A stretch of DNA of 63,703 bases, filler included, from Reclinomonas americana ATCC 50394 (GCA_048213135.1; 25 parts of 25 records of this genome joined end to end with filler, not necessarily neighbours in it), one strand, 5' to 3'. Counted from the first letter of the whole stretch, positions 45,817 through 59,030 are shown. A program made the numbers and translations. Notes: generated by a model not told the origin, from the letters alone.

Positions 45817-47733
45817 TCGTTCCCGACCATTCCGGGCAAGTCGTACACCTACGCCGTGCAGGCCACCAACACCCGCTCGGACTCTGGTGTGACCTCGACG
45901 CAGAGCGGTGCTCAGTCGGGCACTCTGTCGCAGATTGCCAACTCGATTGTGCGCCCGTACCCGCTGCCGGCTCTGACCACTGGCGGCTCGGCTGGCACGA
46001 CTGGCTCCGGCTACGCCACCTTTACGCTGTCGACCCCGTCGACTGTGCAGGGCACGCAGTACTCGCTGTCCACCTCGGACGGCTTCGCGAACTTTGTCGG
46101 CGTGCAGGTGCTGGTGCAGAACCTGACCAACGTCACCTCGACCACCTTCGTGCCGGACTCGTTTGTGACTCAGTTCACTGGCTCATTCGGCTCGACCACC
46201 TCGTCGCTGCTGGTGAACGGTCTGACCTCCAACACCAGGTACCGCATTGGCGTGTCGTCGTTCAACGGCTACCAGACTGCTTTGTCTAGATCTGCGTCGG
46301 CCATCACCATCACCACTGCCGCTTCGGCTGTGCTTCCTGGCGGCATCACGTCGCTGTCGTCGAACCTTCTGCTCAAGCGTTCGAGCTCGATCTGGCTCAG
46401 CTGGGGACAGCCGCAGGAGACTGGCGGCCAGGGCTTCGTGACCCAGTGGCAGGTGTCGTGGCGCGCGGCTACGGCCAGCACGCTGACCCAGAACACCACC
46501 TCGGTGCAGCAGGCTGTGATCCGCAACCTCACTGACGCCACCAACTACTTCATCGATGTGCGCGGCATCAACGGCATTGGCACGTCGACCACTCAGGCCA
46601 CCTTTGGTAACGGTATCATCGGCAACGGCCTCAACAACAACGTGCTGACGGGCCAGGTGCCGAACGACCAGACCAACTTTGCGGTGACCAGCAACACTGG
46701 CACGGCGATTGCGTTCTCGTGGACGACTGCCACTGGCGCGTCGACGGCCATCTCTGGCCAGGCTCTGACTGGTGCGTCGGGCACGACTGCGTCGAACCCG
46801 GCTGTGGCGGTGGGTGCCACCGACACCACGGCGTCTGTGACGGTGGTGAACGGCAACTTCTACCGCTTCTTCCTCAACGCGACCAACTCGATTGGCACGG
46901 GCAACAACTCGCTGTCGATCTACACCCAGGCGTCGCCGGTGACCACGACTGGCATTGTGCCGGCTGCTGGCACCCCGTCGGTGGACTTCTACGCCGCCAA
47001 TGGGTACCGCGTGTCGTGGACTGCGGTGGGCTCGGGCACGACTGCGGCCGCCACCTACTACCTGGTGTACTGGCAGTGGACGACCCGCTTCCTGGCGTCG
47101 ACTGGCAACCCGGCCGCGGCTGACGGCCTGGGCATGAATACTGCTGTGCTCGGCAGCGTCACCAACCCGGTCATTGCCGGCACTTGCGTGCAGCTGTTCC
47201 AGACCATCAAGCCGTCGTCGCGCTACCGCATGGTGCTGGTCGGTGGCAACACTGTCGGCCTCGGCCAGGGCTCTCAGGGCACCGCCAACAACAACATTGG
47301 CACGCCGACTCAGGGCGCTCTGACCCAGACGGGCCAGGCTGCCGCGCCGGCCGCCCCGACTCAGGGCACCACCACCAACACCTCAATCGCCGTCAACTTC
47401 TCGACCCCGATCTACACCGGTCTCGGTCTGATCACCAGCTACCAGATCCAGACGTTCCCGGAGAACGGCGGCAACGTGGTGATCGGCTACAAGAACGCCA
47501 CCGACTCGACGTCGTCGTCGCGCGCCAACTACACGTTCACTCAGGCGAACCTGCAGCCGGGCACGCCGTACGTGGTGAACGTGCGCGCCGTCAACTCGTT
47601 TGGCCAGTCGATCCCGTCGGCCAACCTGCGTGTGTCGACGACCGGTGGTGCCGGTTTCGCGGCGACCTCGTCGCTGTGGACTGTGGTACCGGTGCTCATG
47701 GCCATTGCCGCGCTGCTGGCATTCGCCTTCTAA
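45817..47733 (+). CDS. Fibronectin-type-III repeat surface protein, intact C-terminal ~640 aa with a GPI-signal-like hydrophobic tail
   Basis: VNGLTSNTRYRIGV; IWLSWGQP..TGG; IRNLTDATNYFIDVRGINGIG; NLQPGTPYVVNVRAVNSFG. Ends GGAGFAATSSLWTVVPVLMAIAALLAFAF*. Probably continues the gene at 43366-45716. Confidence 0.85.
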   Translation, partial: SFPTIPGKSYTYAVQATNTRSDSGVTSTQSGAQSGTLSQIANSIVRPYPLPALTTGGSAGTTGSGYATFTLSTPSTVQGTQYSLSTSDGFANFVGVQVLVQNLTNVTSTTFVPDSFVTQFTGSFGSTTSSLLVNGLTSNTRYRIGVSSFNGYQTALSRSASAITITTAASAVLPGGITSLSSNLLLKRSSSIWLSWGQPQETGGQGFVTQWQVSWRAATASTLTQNTTSVQQAVIRNLTDATNYFIDVRGINGIGTSTTQATFGNGIIGNGLNNNVLTGQVPNDQTNFAVTSNTGTAIAFSWTTATGASTAISGQALTGASGTTASNPAVAVGATDTTASVTVVNGNFYRFFLNATNSIGTGNNSLSIYTQASPVTTTGIVPAAGTPSVDFYAANGYRVSWTAVGSGTTAAATYYLVYWQWTTRFLASTGNPAAADGLGMNTAVLGSVTNPVIAGTCVQLFQTIKPSSRYRMVLVGGNTVGLGQGSQGTANNNIGTPTQGALTQTGQAAAPAAPTQGTTTNTSIAVNFSTPIYTGLGLITSYQIQTFPENGGNVVIGYKNATDSTSSSRANYTFTQANLQPGTPYVVNVRAVNSFGQSIPSANLRVSTTGGAGFAATSSLWTVVPVLMAIAALLAFAF

Positions 47734-49047
47734 ACACCGCAGTGTGGTGTNNNNNNNNNNNNNNNNNNNNNNNNNNNNNNNNNNNNNNNNNNNNTTAATT
47801 AATTAANNNNNNNNNNNNNNNNNNNNNNNNNNNNNNNNNNNNNNNNNNNNTCAACTGTGCGAATTAAGGCGAAAAAACAGAAGGGCGCGAAGAAGCAGAA
47901 GGGCTTCAGTTGCAAACTTCGCGTTACCGACGTACGTGTCGACTCGGCAGCTGCTGTCGCACCCACTGCTGCCGCCCCTGCTGTCGCCGCCACTGCTGCC
48001 GCCCCCGCCCCCGTCGCTGCTGGCGACAAAGACGGCAACGCCGAGAGCCGACCGCCTCTAACGAAAGTGCTCATTCTGCTCGGAGAACAGGATTTGCACG
48101 ATGTTGAGCGCGATCTGCTGGTCGGTTACCGTACATGTCGTGTGTTTCGTGTTTGCACGTTGGGGTATTGTGACTGACTGTGCATGTTGTGCGATTCAGA
48201 ACACGATTCATCCGATCTTTAACGCAACTTGCGACGCTCAGCAAGTGTGGACGCGTTTCGTGCGTTACTTGCACTGCCTCACCATTCGCCGTCGACATGG
48301 CGGAAGCGGTGGTGTCGCTGCCGAAGAGCGAGCTGCCGTGTATGCCGCAGAATTGGACGCGTTCATGGTCGGCTTTGGCGTCCGACAACCCTTTGACGAG
48401 CTTGTCGAACAGTTCTCTGGTCCTGCTGCCCGCGGATCAGTCGGCGAGCGCGAGGCCGAGATGTTGCCAACTCGAGGAAGTGACCGTGTTGAATCGGTGG
48501 TTGCACTTGTGCATTATCTGTGCACCAACGCGCCGCCACGACGCGTGCGGGCAGCTGGGGGTGAGTTGCAAGCAGCGCTGCTGTTGTCATGCAGATTTGG
48601 TGTTGTGCTCACAAGCTTTTCCTCCTTGACTTGTCTGTGCATGCATGGTTGCTGTAGCACAAGCTGCAGAAGAGGAGGAGCAAGATGGAGAGGAAGAAGA
48701 TGACGGAGAGGAAGAAGAGGAGGAGGAGCAAGAGGAGGAGGCACAAGAGCAGGAGGAGGAGGAACAGGAGGAGGACGAAACAGCGAGAGTAGGTGAGTAA
48801 TGTCGACCAGTTTGGTTGAGTATCCACTTTTGCATGCATTCACTCTCTTTGTACAGCGTTCGACTTTGCTCTCACCGAGTTATTTTCTGCTCCTTGGACC
48901 TCTGACGATGAGTCCGAGCTCACCATTGCTCATGACGCCGCAACCCANNNNNNNNNNNNNNNNNNNNNNNNNNNNNNNNNNNNNNNNNNNNTTAATTAAT
49001 TAANNNNNNNNNNNNNNNNNNNNNNNNNNNNNNNNNNNNNNNNNNNN

Positions 49048-50109
49048 GACGACTGGCTACGCATCATCCACCGACGACGACGCCGACGACGACGACGAAT
49101 CGGCATCAGAAGACAATCGCGACGAGCTGGTTCCAAAGTCTGACAAGGCAGAGACAATGGCGGCCGATGCGACGGCTTTGGTGGAGGAACAAGATCAAGA
49201 TGACCTGCAGGCGGATCTTGAGGCCGACATCAGTGACGAGGAGACCGACCGAGATGGTGCGTGAACACGCGTACGCATGTTAGCTGGCAGTCGACAGTCG
49301 TTCTGAAAACCTCCTCACCTTGCGCAGATATCGATGCGAGTGTTGTCGGAGATGGCCGGCTGTACGTCGCTGAATGTGATCAGCTGGCGAGAATCCACAA
49401 GCTGCGACACCGATTGTGTCCCTCTCTCGTCGATGTGGTGCGATCTGTTGTTCAACGGTTGCCCGTGCGTGACGACGCTCCCAAGCTTAATCACCAGGAG
49501 AAGGGAAAACAAGCATCCACTACAGTGTCGGCCGTGGATGCGATTGCCAACATCGCCGGCATCGTGGCGAACGCGCTGGAGACTCGATTGAAGGAGGCTG
49601 CCACATGCTTGACGGTTGAAGCTGCCGCCGTCGACGATGTGCCTGTGGAACGGATCGTGGAACAAGTCGACTGGCTTCTGATCCAAAATCTCGTTGCGGC
49701 AGCACCTTTGGTGACAGAAGAAGTCGGTGCCATGAGTGCTGCAGCTGGCAGTCACGGTCGCGACGTCATGGAAGTCGATTGTGAATCGGATCCGGATGCA
49801 CCAATTGCAAAATCACCTTCACCCTCGGCCTCGGCCTCTGAATCGCACATGGAATGCGACGGCGATGACGACAGCGGCAGTGGCGCGGCCGGCGACGACG
49901 ACGCAATGGAGGAGGAGGAGGAGGCCCATGAGGAGGAGGAGGAGGAGGAGGAGGAGGTGGTGGTGGAGGGTGCCGCTGACGACGGTGATAGCGCAGCCAG
50001 TAGCGCAGCTGGCCATGGCGCTGGTGTGGTCGAAGCGCCAGCAGCTGCGGTGGTGGCACCACAAAAAGGCGACGATGTCACTCTGGCAGCAAAGCGAGGT
50101 ACGAGCAAC
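49048..50109 (+). CDS. Fragment of an acidic low-complexity eukaryotic protein
   Basis: D/E-rich frames on both sides of a likely intron (GTGCGT ~49256 to CAG ~49328). No family recognised. Confidence 0.4.
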
Positions 50110-50377
50110 NNNNNNNNNNNNNNNNNNNNNNNNNNNNNNNNNNNNNNNNNNNNTTAATTAATTAANNNNNNNNNNNNNNNNNNNNNNNNNNNNNNNNNNN
50201 NNNNNNNNNCCCCTCCTTCCCCCTCTTTCCCCCTCTTCCCCCTCTTCACCATTGCTCTCTCCCTCTCTTTCCCCTTCTCTTCCCCCATCTCCTCCCCCTC
50301 TTTCCCCTCCTTCCCCCCTCCCTCCCCCCCTCCTTCCCCCTCCCCCCTTCTTACCCCTCCCTGTCTACCCCGCACAG

Positions 50378-53054
50378 CTTCATTGTCACGGAACTCATGG
50401 ACTCGGATCTGTGCAAACTGGTGCACGAGGTGACGCTGTCGGATAGTGAAATCCGTCGCATCATGTTCCAGTTGTGCCGCTCCGTGTTCCAGATCCACTC
50501 GGCGTCCATTTTGCACCGCGACTTGGTGAGTTGCAGCGAGGTGCGATGAAGTGGGGGCCGTCTTCTGACTTTTTTTCCGTCGACAGAAACCCAGCAATGT
50601 GTTGGTGGACGTCAACCGCGGAGACGGTGAGCGAGGCTCGGCTCGTCTCTTGTCCCTCGCGGCTCATTTTTCACCGCCGTCCACGTGCAGGATGCATTCG
50701 TGTCAAGCTGTGCGATTTTGGTCTGTCGCGAGGAGCTGCACGCACAGCCACGGCCGGTTTTCCCATGACACAAGTTGCGGTCTCCCCTCATCCTGATCCA
50801 GCTTGGTGTTGTTGATTCACACTTCCGCTGCAGTACGCCATCACTCGCTGGTATCGACCACCGTGCTTGTTGCTCGGTGGCTCCTCGTACACAACAAAGG
50901 CCGATGTTTGGGTTGCGTGCGACAATTGTGCTGCTTTCTTCGTCTCTCCCTTGCACTCACACAGTTGAGTGTGGCAGAGTGTCGGCTGCATAATGATGGT
51001 TTGTGGTGACCGCGCAGCGTGAGTAGACGAGCAGCACTTCTGCCTCTTCTGATTCATGTGTGCAGGAACTGTACCGACGGAGACCAGCGTTTCCGGGATC
51101 CAGCACCTTGGACCAGGTTTGTGGTTGATTGTGGTGGGCGTTTTCAGAGTGAGTGGCAAAAAGGAGTCACCGTGGTGTGTGCAGGTGCATCGCGTGCTGG
51201 AATTCACAGGACCGCCCGATCCTGAGGAACTTCCGACATCCATGTCTGACGAGGTACGTTGGCACTCTTCTCTGTTGAAACTGCCTGTTTTCCTTGCTTC
51301 ACTCTCTGTCAATCAATCATATGCAGTTTCTTTCCCCTTTCCTTTTCTTCTCTTTTCCTTTTCTCTTTCCCTTCCCCTTTTTCGTTCGGCCACATAACTC
51401 CGCCAGTCTGCACAAGACGATCTCTCTCTCTCTCTCACCCACGCTCATTGCAGTGGCGCGTATACATTACGAGCTTGGGAGCGAAGCGGCGGTCGCTGGA
51501 GTCCTACTTTGACGACTGCATCACGCAGCCTAATGCGCACGGTTTGGTGGTTCCCCGTTGGATTGCTGCTGTGACTGCGCACTCATCGTGCTTGTTGTGC
51601 GCAGCGTTGGATCTCATGCGGCGGATGCTGGCGCGGCAGGCTGACGATCGCATATCGATGGCCGAGGCGCTCCAGCATCCGTACTTTGCGGGCCTGTTCA
51701 GACCAAAGGATTTGGTGAGTTCGCAGTGGGGGGGAAGAGAGGGGACAGGGCTGAGGGCGAATGAGTGGAGATGAGTGAGGCGGTTGCGAGAAAAGCGCGG
51801 CGTGTGTAGAAGTGCAATATTCGGGGGTCAACAGGACTGAAAACAGTGGAGAAACGGTTGTGGAAGACAGCGGTGGAGGAGCAAATAGTGATGACGGTTG
51901 CAGATAGGAGCGGTGTTGGGAGGCTGCTGACACGTCAACACGATAGAAAGCTGCTGATGATGAATGAGAATGAGACAGAAGGCGAGGAACAGAGTTGGGA
52001 GAAGAGCTGAAAAGCGGAAGAGTGGTGTTGGATCCCAGACAGAAACACAAGGGAGTGTAAGGAGGAACAGAGTTGTGTGAGAGAAAACTCGCGAGTTGTT
52101 AACGCATTAGTGAGACAGGAAACTTCTGGAAGCTCTTCGTAACGAGAAGGAAGGCGATGGTTGCTAACAGCTTGGAGACAAGGTTGGCGGCACATCAGTG
52201 AGGCAGCAGACGATACAGGGGTCAGCTGTTGATAGTAGATAAGATCTCTGGAGAGGAACAACGGTGTTGCGAGATGCTGGAGACAATGGCTGCTGCCCGT
52301 GTGCCTCTCACTTTGCTTTCCTCCACCCAGTCTCCCATCGCGCCATTCGAGGACATTGTCGAGCAGGTTTCTCGCACGCCAGCCAACATGCGCGCGCTGT
52401 TCCTCCGAGTTGCGTCTGCATTCAAAGCGATGCGGTGATTTCTGTCTTCCGCCAACCACGCAGCTGCAGGCTTTCACCATGTTCCGACCCAACATTCCTG
52501 AGGAGGTGGCTGACGAGTTGGAAGACCCGTTTCGTCTCTCTTCATCCCCCTTTCTGCGTACGCGGTTTCACACTAAACAGACACCCTCGACATGCGCAGC
52601 GCCTCACCTGGTCTGACATTCAACCCTGAGCTGTTCCCCGAGGCGAAGAGCGTATTGCTGCAACGATGGGGCGAGGTGCGCGTCCCTCTTGCCGTTTTTC
52701 TCTTCAACTCTTCCCTCATTTTCCTTCCCCTTCACTTGGCAGTCGGCGCTGCAAGATCGCATCGAGTTGCTCAGTCCGCCACCGTCGTGCCCGCCATCCG
52801 CGCCGCTGTCTGCACGTGGCGTGTCGTCGTCGCCACTGCCGGCTCTCATTCTGCAGTCTCCGCCGCCGTCGGCCCCCGTCCGCGGAATGCCATCGCGCGT
52901 GCCTGCTGCCACTGCGGCCGCCGCCGCAGACATTGTCTTGTCGGTGCCGGTGGTACCCTCTGGATCCGTGACTCCCGACAGTCCGTACTTGTGGGCCGAT
53001 GCCGAGGAGGATCCGCGCCTGCACCTGCTGCAGTTGGACACACCGCTCACATAG
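50378..53054 (+). CDS. MAP-kinase-like (CMGC) Ser/Thr kinase, multi-exon, 5' truncated, Pro-rich C-terminal extension
   Basis: Spliced exons read FIVTELMDSDL...IHSASILHRDL|KPSNVLV...|..KLCDFGLSR...MTQ|YAITRWYRPPCLLL...KADVW|SVGCIMM|ELYRRRPAFPGSSTLDQ|...ALDLMRRML...RISMAEALQHPYF. Confidence 0.9.
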
Positions 53055-53323
53055 TCGCTGTCATTTAATTTCTGCGTGAGCGAGTTAGAGAAAAAGAGTA
53101 AGTATGTTTCACACACACTGTTTAAAATCTGTGGTTCAAATGTACAAAAGCATTAGAATGAAAGAAAGAGGGACGTGGCTTCTGCTTTACTTGCTGTTTT
53201 CCTCTCCTTCTGCCTCCACCGCCATCTCTTTGTCCTTGGCGGGGGAGGCCCGCTGCGTGTGCCTGCACTGACATGTCGCGCTGCCTCGGATGCGTGTGGA
53301 ATACCGATGACCACAACCGCACG

Positions 53324-55780
53324 TCACACTTCCTGGTCATCGGGGTCGCGAGCAGTCTGCGCAGCAGCGGTTGTACGCTGCCGCACCGTGTCGCTGCTGG
53401 GGCGAGTCGGCCCTCCGGCAGTCGCGACTGGCACACGCCGAGCTGCGCCACCAAATGTGGAGAATGGTGGTGGAGCAGTCGCGGCGGCGGTGGCAGCGGC
53501 AGCACTACCGGCCACTGGACCCGAAGGCACGACCAAGAACTCGATTTCGTCCACACCAGAGTCTGCACGAAAAGGAGGGAGAGCGGACGGCGGTGGGGGA
53601 GGTGGTGGTGGTGGCGGCGGCGGAGGAGGAGAAGCAGACGCTGAGGCGGCGACGGCGTCGGCCGCTGCGTCTGCCAGTGCCTCCCTGCCGCCGGCGGCTT
53701 CGTCCTCGAGCACCAGCTCCTCCAGTTCGCGAAGCAGTTCCTCGTCGTCAACCTCGACCACCGAGCTGGACACGGGTTCGCCTGGCGCGATGACAACAAA
53801 GGCGGGGAAAAGAGAGACGGGAGGGAAGAGGAGAGAGTCAGATCCGCTGCCTCTCATTCTGCGAAGTGGCACAAGAAACGCAACGAAGTAGGTCGTCCAC
53901 CTCGCGCGCCTCGTCCACATGGTCGCGCACGTCGTCCAGCAGTCGGTCGACAGAGGCGGCAGAGATGCGTGAGGCACCGCTGGCCTCGATGGCCGCTTGC
54001 AGGGCCTCCACGATCTGAGATAAGGCAAGGTGAGGGAAAGGGGGGAGGAGAAGAATGCTCTGGAGAGCTCAGGAAGAACAAGGAGTGAACGTGGGGATTA
54101 CGGGAAGAGTTCGTGGAGTGTGAATGCCACTCCGTGAAGGAATGAAGATTTGGAAGGGGTAATGAGGCAGGGGACTTCAAGAAGAAAGAAATGGACGCAC
54201 GGCAGAAGGAAGTGCAGAAACAGCACGTGGAGTACGAGAGAGCGCGACCCACTACCCGTTAGGGTCGCCAAAACTTAAGGAAAGAAGAACAAAGGAAGTT
54301 TCACAGGCGACGATGCGGAATGGAATAGATGAAAAGCACTGGAGAGTTTTGGGAGAACGTACGGCAGAAGGAAGTGCGGAAACAGCAGCACGAGGAGTAA
54401 GTGAGAGCGCAACTCCCCAACTTCAAGTGCCTCGAAGACTTTCGTAATGACGAAGACAGGAAGATATGGGAGGGGCGCAGCGAGGAATGGAGGCCAGCGC
54501 ACATGGGACATGGAGCATGAGAGAGCGCGAAGAGGGCGACCCTCGATCTTTCTGGGCAAAGGCAGAGGGCTGCTGGAAACGGCGATGTGAAGATACCATG
54601 GAAGCGAGAGACCACGTAAATGAACCCAACCCACTGCGCTCCCCATCACAACTCACCTGCTCATCCGACTCACGGCCCTCAATCGACAGCAGCACGGTGC
54701 GCAAACTACCCTGCTTCGCAATCGCCTGCTCGATGGCCATCGAGGCCGCCTTGCGCTGCTTGCAGTACACCAGCAGCAAGTTGCGATTGCCGGCAGCGTG
54801 AGCGCGTTTGCAGCGAGCAAAGAGATCGTCCTCGCTGCGCATCAGTGCATCCACTCGCCGCTGGAGACTCTCAATGGCCGCATACCCTCGATACAAGGAC
54901 TGGTCGGTGGCGGTGACGCGCACCTCGTCCTCGTCCTCCATGCCGTCCCACACGCGAACCAGCTGGCCCTCGACGGCAATCAGGTGATCGTTCTGCATCA
55001 CTTGGAAGACAAAATCCACGTCCTCCGGCGCCACTTGCGACACCTCGCGAGCGCGCGGCAGCAGCAGCAGGTTGCGCATGGCCAGCACACCGTCGCCGTG
55101 CGCCAGTTGTTGTTGCAGTTCTCGGCGCATACCAATGTGGGCGACGGTGGTTAGACTCTGCGAGGGAATGGGGGAGGTCGGGAACAACAGAGAAAGAGAA
55201 AAAGGGAGAGAGATCGCAGATACCTCCATGGCCGTCAAGCACACAAATGTTCCCTCCAGCGACACACGCATGCCAAAGAACTTTTCCAGCAACCACCCGG
55301 CCACACCCTCCACCAGGCTGCGCACAAAGCCCGGCGGCTTCAGCACCTCCACTTCGCGGCAGACGCCGCCGTTGCGGAAGCCGCGCTTCACTTCTTCTTT
55401 CTGTGAGAGAAAGGGAAGGGAGAGAAGGCCAGGGAGGTTGGGGGAAGGGAGTGCGATGAAGGACGAGGAGGCGGAAAGAAGGGAAGGGTGAAAATAAGGG
55501 TGGAGGAAGGAGGCGAGCACAACATCAAGGACTGAGGAACAAGGAGAAGTACAAGCGCTCTCGAGTGGACCAGTGAGCGATAAGTGTGCGAGGAGGAAGG
55601 CGTGAGAGGCCCCAACAAACCAGCACAAAATCCCTCCAATCCGGCTGCCGCACGCCTCTGCGTTCCGACCACTGCAGCATCTCCTGCGCAGTGAATGTGC
55701 ATCGTCGCTTGATGCGCAAGCATGCCAGCATCACTCGCACCCAGAACTCGAAGAGTTGGTCGTAGGAGGCGTGGACTGAC
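53324..55780 (-). CDS. CHMP7: CHMP7-like ESCRT-II/III hybrid protein (winged-helix N-terminus plus Snf7 domain), spliced, 5' truncated
   Basis: YDQLFEFWVRVM...RRGVRQP; VTATDQSLY...IESLQRRVDAL; AGNRNLLL...RK; LRTVLLSIE...|IVEALQ...SVDRLLDDVRDHVDEAREVDDLL|R...VDDEELLRELEEL matches the CHMP7/Snf7 pattern. Confidence 0.75.
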
Positions 55781-55821
55781 CTGAGGGGAGGAAGGGGGGG
55801 GGGGGGGGGGGGGGGGAGGAG

Positions 55822-55875
<54 letters not shown>

Positions 55876-55975
55876 NNNNNNNNNNNNNNNNNNNNNNNNN
55901 NNNNNNNNNNNNNNNNNNNTTAATTAATTAANNNNNNNNNNNNNNNNNNNNNNNNNNNNNNNNNNNNNNNNNNNN

Positions 55976-56030
<55 letters not shown>

Positions 56031-59030
56031 GTTGTGCTCACCTTGAGGCCGGGAAATGCCCAAAGTAATAACTCGCCTGTGCGTCACTGGACCATATGCG
56101 ACTCAACTCGGCGTCGTTGGTGCGATCGGCGTCGCACAGTTCCTCAAAGAGACTCATTTCGTGTGCGCTCAACAATCACAAATCAATCAAAGAATGAAAT
56201 GCTGAGCGGACAAGTGGACTTGACCTCGACGCAGACTTCGTAGGCGACTGCTTTGTCTCTGAGAAGGTGCTGCAACTGGTCCAAGTAGTGGCAGAGACGC
56301 AGGCGCGTGTATTCGAATCCTTGCAATTGATCATTTGCATGATCGAAGTTTACGGATCTGACTGCGTCCTGCACTCGCTGGCCACAAAGGATGCAAGGCA
56401 GAGTGCAGCGGACTGGATATACGCAGGGCCTGAATCGCGTTTGCAGTGCATGCGCCTGCTGGGTCGACGTGGTGCGGTCGTTCGGTATCTCAATATTGGC
56501 TCCGATCTGTGCATGCTGAGAAGAAGTGACCTCAGAAAATGGTGCGCTGCGTATCTTTGCAAGTGCGACAAACCCATAGCATCTAGCCGTGGTTTCTCTT
56601 GCACAAACGCCAGCATTAGCAATCTCGATTATTTCTTGTTTTTCCCGTGACGTCTGAGTTTCTGGTGCTCACTCAAGATGCTGATCACCATGCAGCCGTA
56701 TCGCTGCTTGGATTAGTAAAGTTGTTATTGTTGCTGTCGTCGTTGTTGTTGGACAACCACACGCTGCTTCTGACACTCTTCGCGCCACGAAATCTTCTCG
56801 AGGCCAACACGCGCAGCGTTTGATTGGCTTTGCCTCCTGAAAGGGAAGATGACTGTTAGAGAAGTAATCCTGTGTTTGTATATTGTTGGTGTGCCAATGT
56901 CATTGTCGGCAAAGGATTTGTGGCGTTTATCGCAACATAGGAATTTGCTTTGCCTGCTTCACGGATCCGGACCCGGCTTTGCTTTGTTTGCCTGGCTTAT
57001 GGCCTTTTCCCGAAATTCGATGTGCCGTGTACGATCGCAGAAAANNNNNNNNNNNNNNNNNNNNNNNNNNNNNNNNNNNNNNNNNNNNTTAATTAATTAA
57101 NNNNNNNNNNNNNNNNNNNNNNNNNNNNNNNNNNNNNNNNNNNNTAAAATGCTCTACGAGAGAAAAACAAAGAAAAACGCCAGAGTCGGAAACTCGTGAA
57201 GTCCTTCGCGCAGTGTTGACGCAGGAAGCGCCCCCAATCACGAGAAGCATCCATCACCCAGCAATCGGTGGCACACGAACTGCCAGCACAATCCAGCTCC
57301 ACCCCAGAAGGATTCAGCACCTCCGCATCTCTGTCATCAGACGAGGTCGACCTCCTCCTTGTAACAGCTCGGCAGCAGCACCGGCAAAGAGCCATCCAGC
57401 GTCACAAGCGTTCCACAAGCAAGTCTGGGCACGATCGTAAACAGCCGATCCAACGTCAAGCGGGGAGACGCATGCACCCGTCATTCGGCAGAGATGCAGT
57501 CAAGTCTTGAAACACATTGCCGTGAACGAACTCCACAGAGACTCCACGAAGATGAGCGAGTATCTGCACGGCGAACATCGCATGAGAACGTGCAGTTCGT
57601 ACAGAGCGCAGTGTCTCACAATGCATCTGTGCATCAAGTCAGCAGGAGGACTGAGAGGAGAGAGAGTGAGACTCACCATCAAGCCGAATGTACTATCTGT
57701 GCCACTTGGTTCCGTTGAATGCACCATCGTCAATGCTGTTGCTCGGTTGAGCAAGAAGCCGCTGCGATACAGTGTCAACCAACCGTGATCATGGAGCACA
57801 TGGCACTTCACAGCTTATGCTCACCTCATGAAAAGAACGGAGACAGCACCATGAGACATGTCTGTCACAAAATAGCACACCACGGCGCACTGTTGCACAG
57901 TGCAGTCGCCGGGAGCACGTGCTACTCATGGATACCGACGACACGAGTGGCACTGCAACGGTGTCAACATGTAACAATGAAGACGACGCTGCGGAGAAGG
58001 TGACGGGCCAGATTCAATGAGGGCTCCTGGAAACAGGCTCAGTCACACCGATTGCTGCATGTAGTGCATTGCAGCATTGGTGCCAAAGCTGCTCAACGAG
58101 AGAGAGAACAGATGGCGCAAGAGGTTACGAGTGCTCACATGAGATGAGAAGTGAGTGCACGTGTGAGGACAACACAACAGCCAAACCTCAAAGAGATCAT
58201 GCATGATGTGCGTCACCACGAGCTCGCAGGTAGCAAGGCACGCACCAAGGGTGCAGAGTGCCAAGGTGCAGAGTGGTTCATTGTGCTCCTACAGACGACG
58301 GTCTCTTCAGTGAGTGACATGCTCGGAAAAATGCTCAAACAAATAAGTCATCACTCACACGATGGGAACGACGTGGCACGGCACACGCGCATCAACAGTG
58401 GGCCACTCTCACATGCATCACTGAGTGTGTGCTGGAGAAGCCTGTCTCGACGCAAGGATACGCAGGCATGAACAAGGGTGAGCAATGAAGCACAGCGGAA
58501 AAATGCTCAAACAACAAAAAACACTCACTCACCACGCCAAGACGACAGAGGCTCAAGCAGCGTGAGTAGTGTGTCAGAGAGGGACAGCACACGGATCAAC
58601 TCTGTGCACCTGACACACGGAGAGCGACTTCTGCGCGCACATGCAGGCGAACAAGAGAGACAAGTCGTTGGTTGATCACACTGGAATGGCAGAATGCTCA
58701 CTCGCAAAGACAGTGGCAGTGCTGCACTGGCAGCAGCCATCCACAACAGTGTGGCAAAGAGCATGGCAACCGCTCGTCCATGTCGACAGTGGATTCGACT
58801 GTGGCGCGAGAGATGCATCAACACAAGCACCACACCACTGCAGCGCATGCACACATGCAGAAGATGGCACGCTGGCCGCCGCCCGCTGCGCTGGCGAGTG
58901 ATCACAAAACGACAATAGTCGTGGCTTCTCAATGCTCACGTGCATGGCTGGGCTCGAGTGGTGATGCGCGATCAATGCGTGAGGATGCCATGCATTCTCG
59001 CGACACCGTTCGGTGATGCAGGATGTCAGA

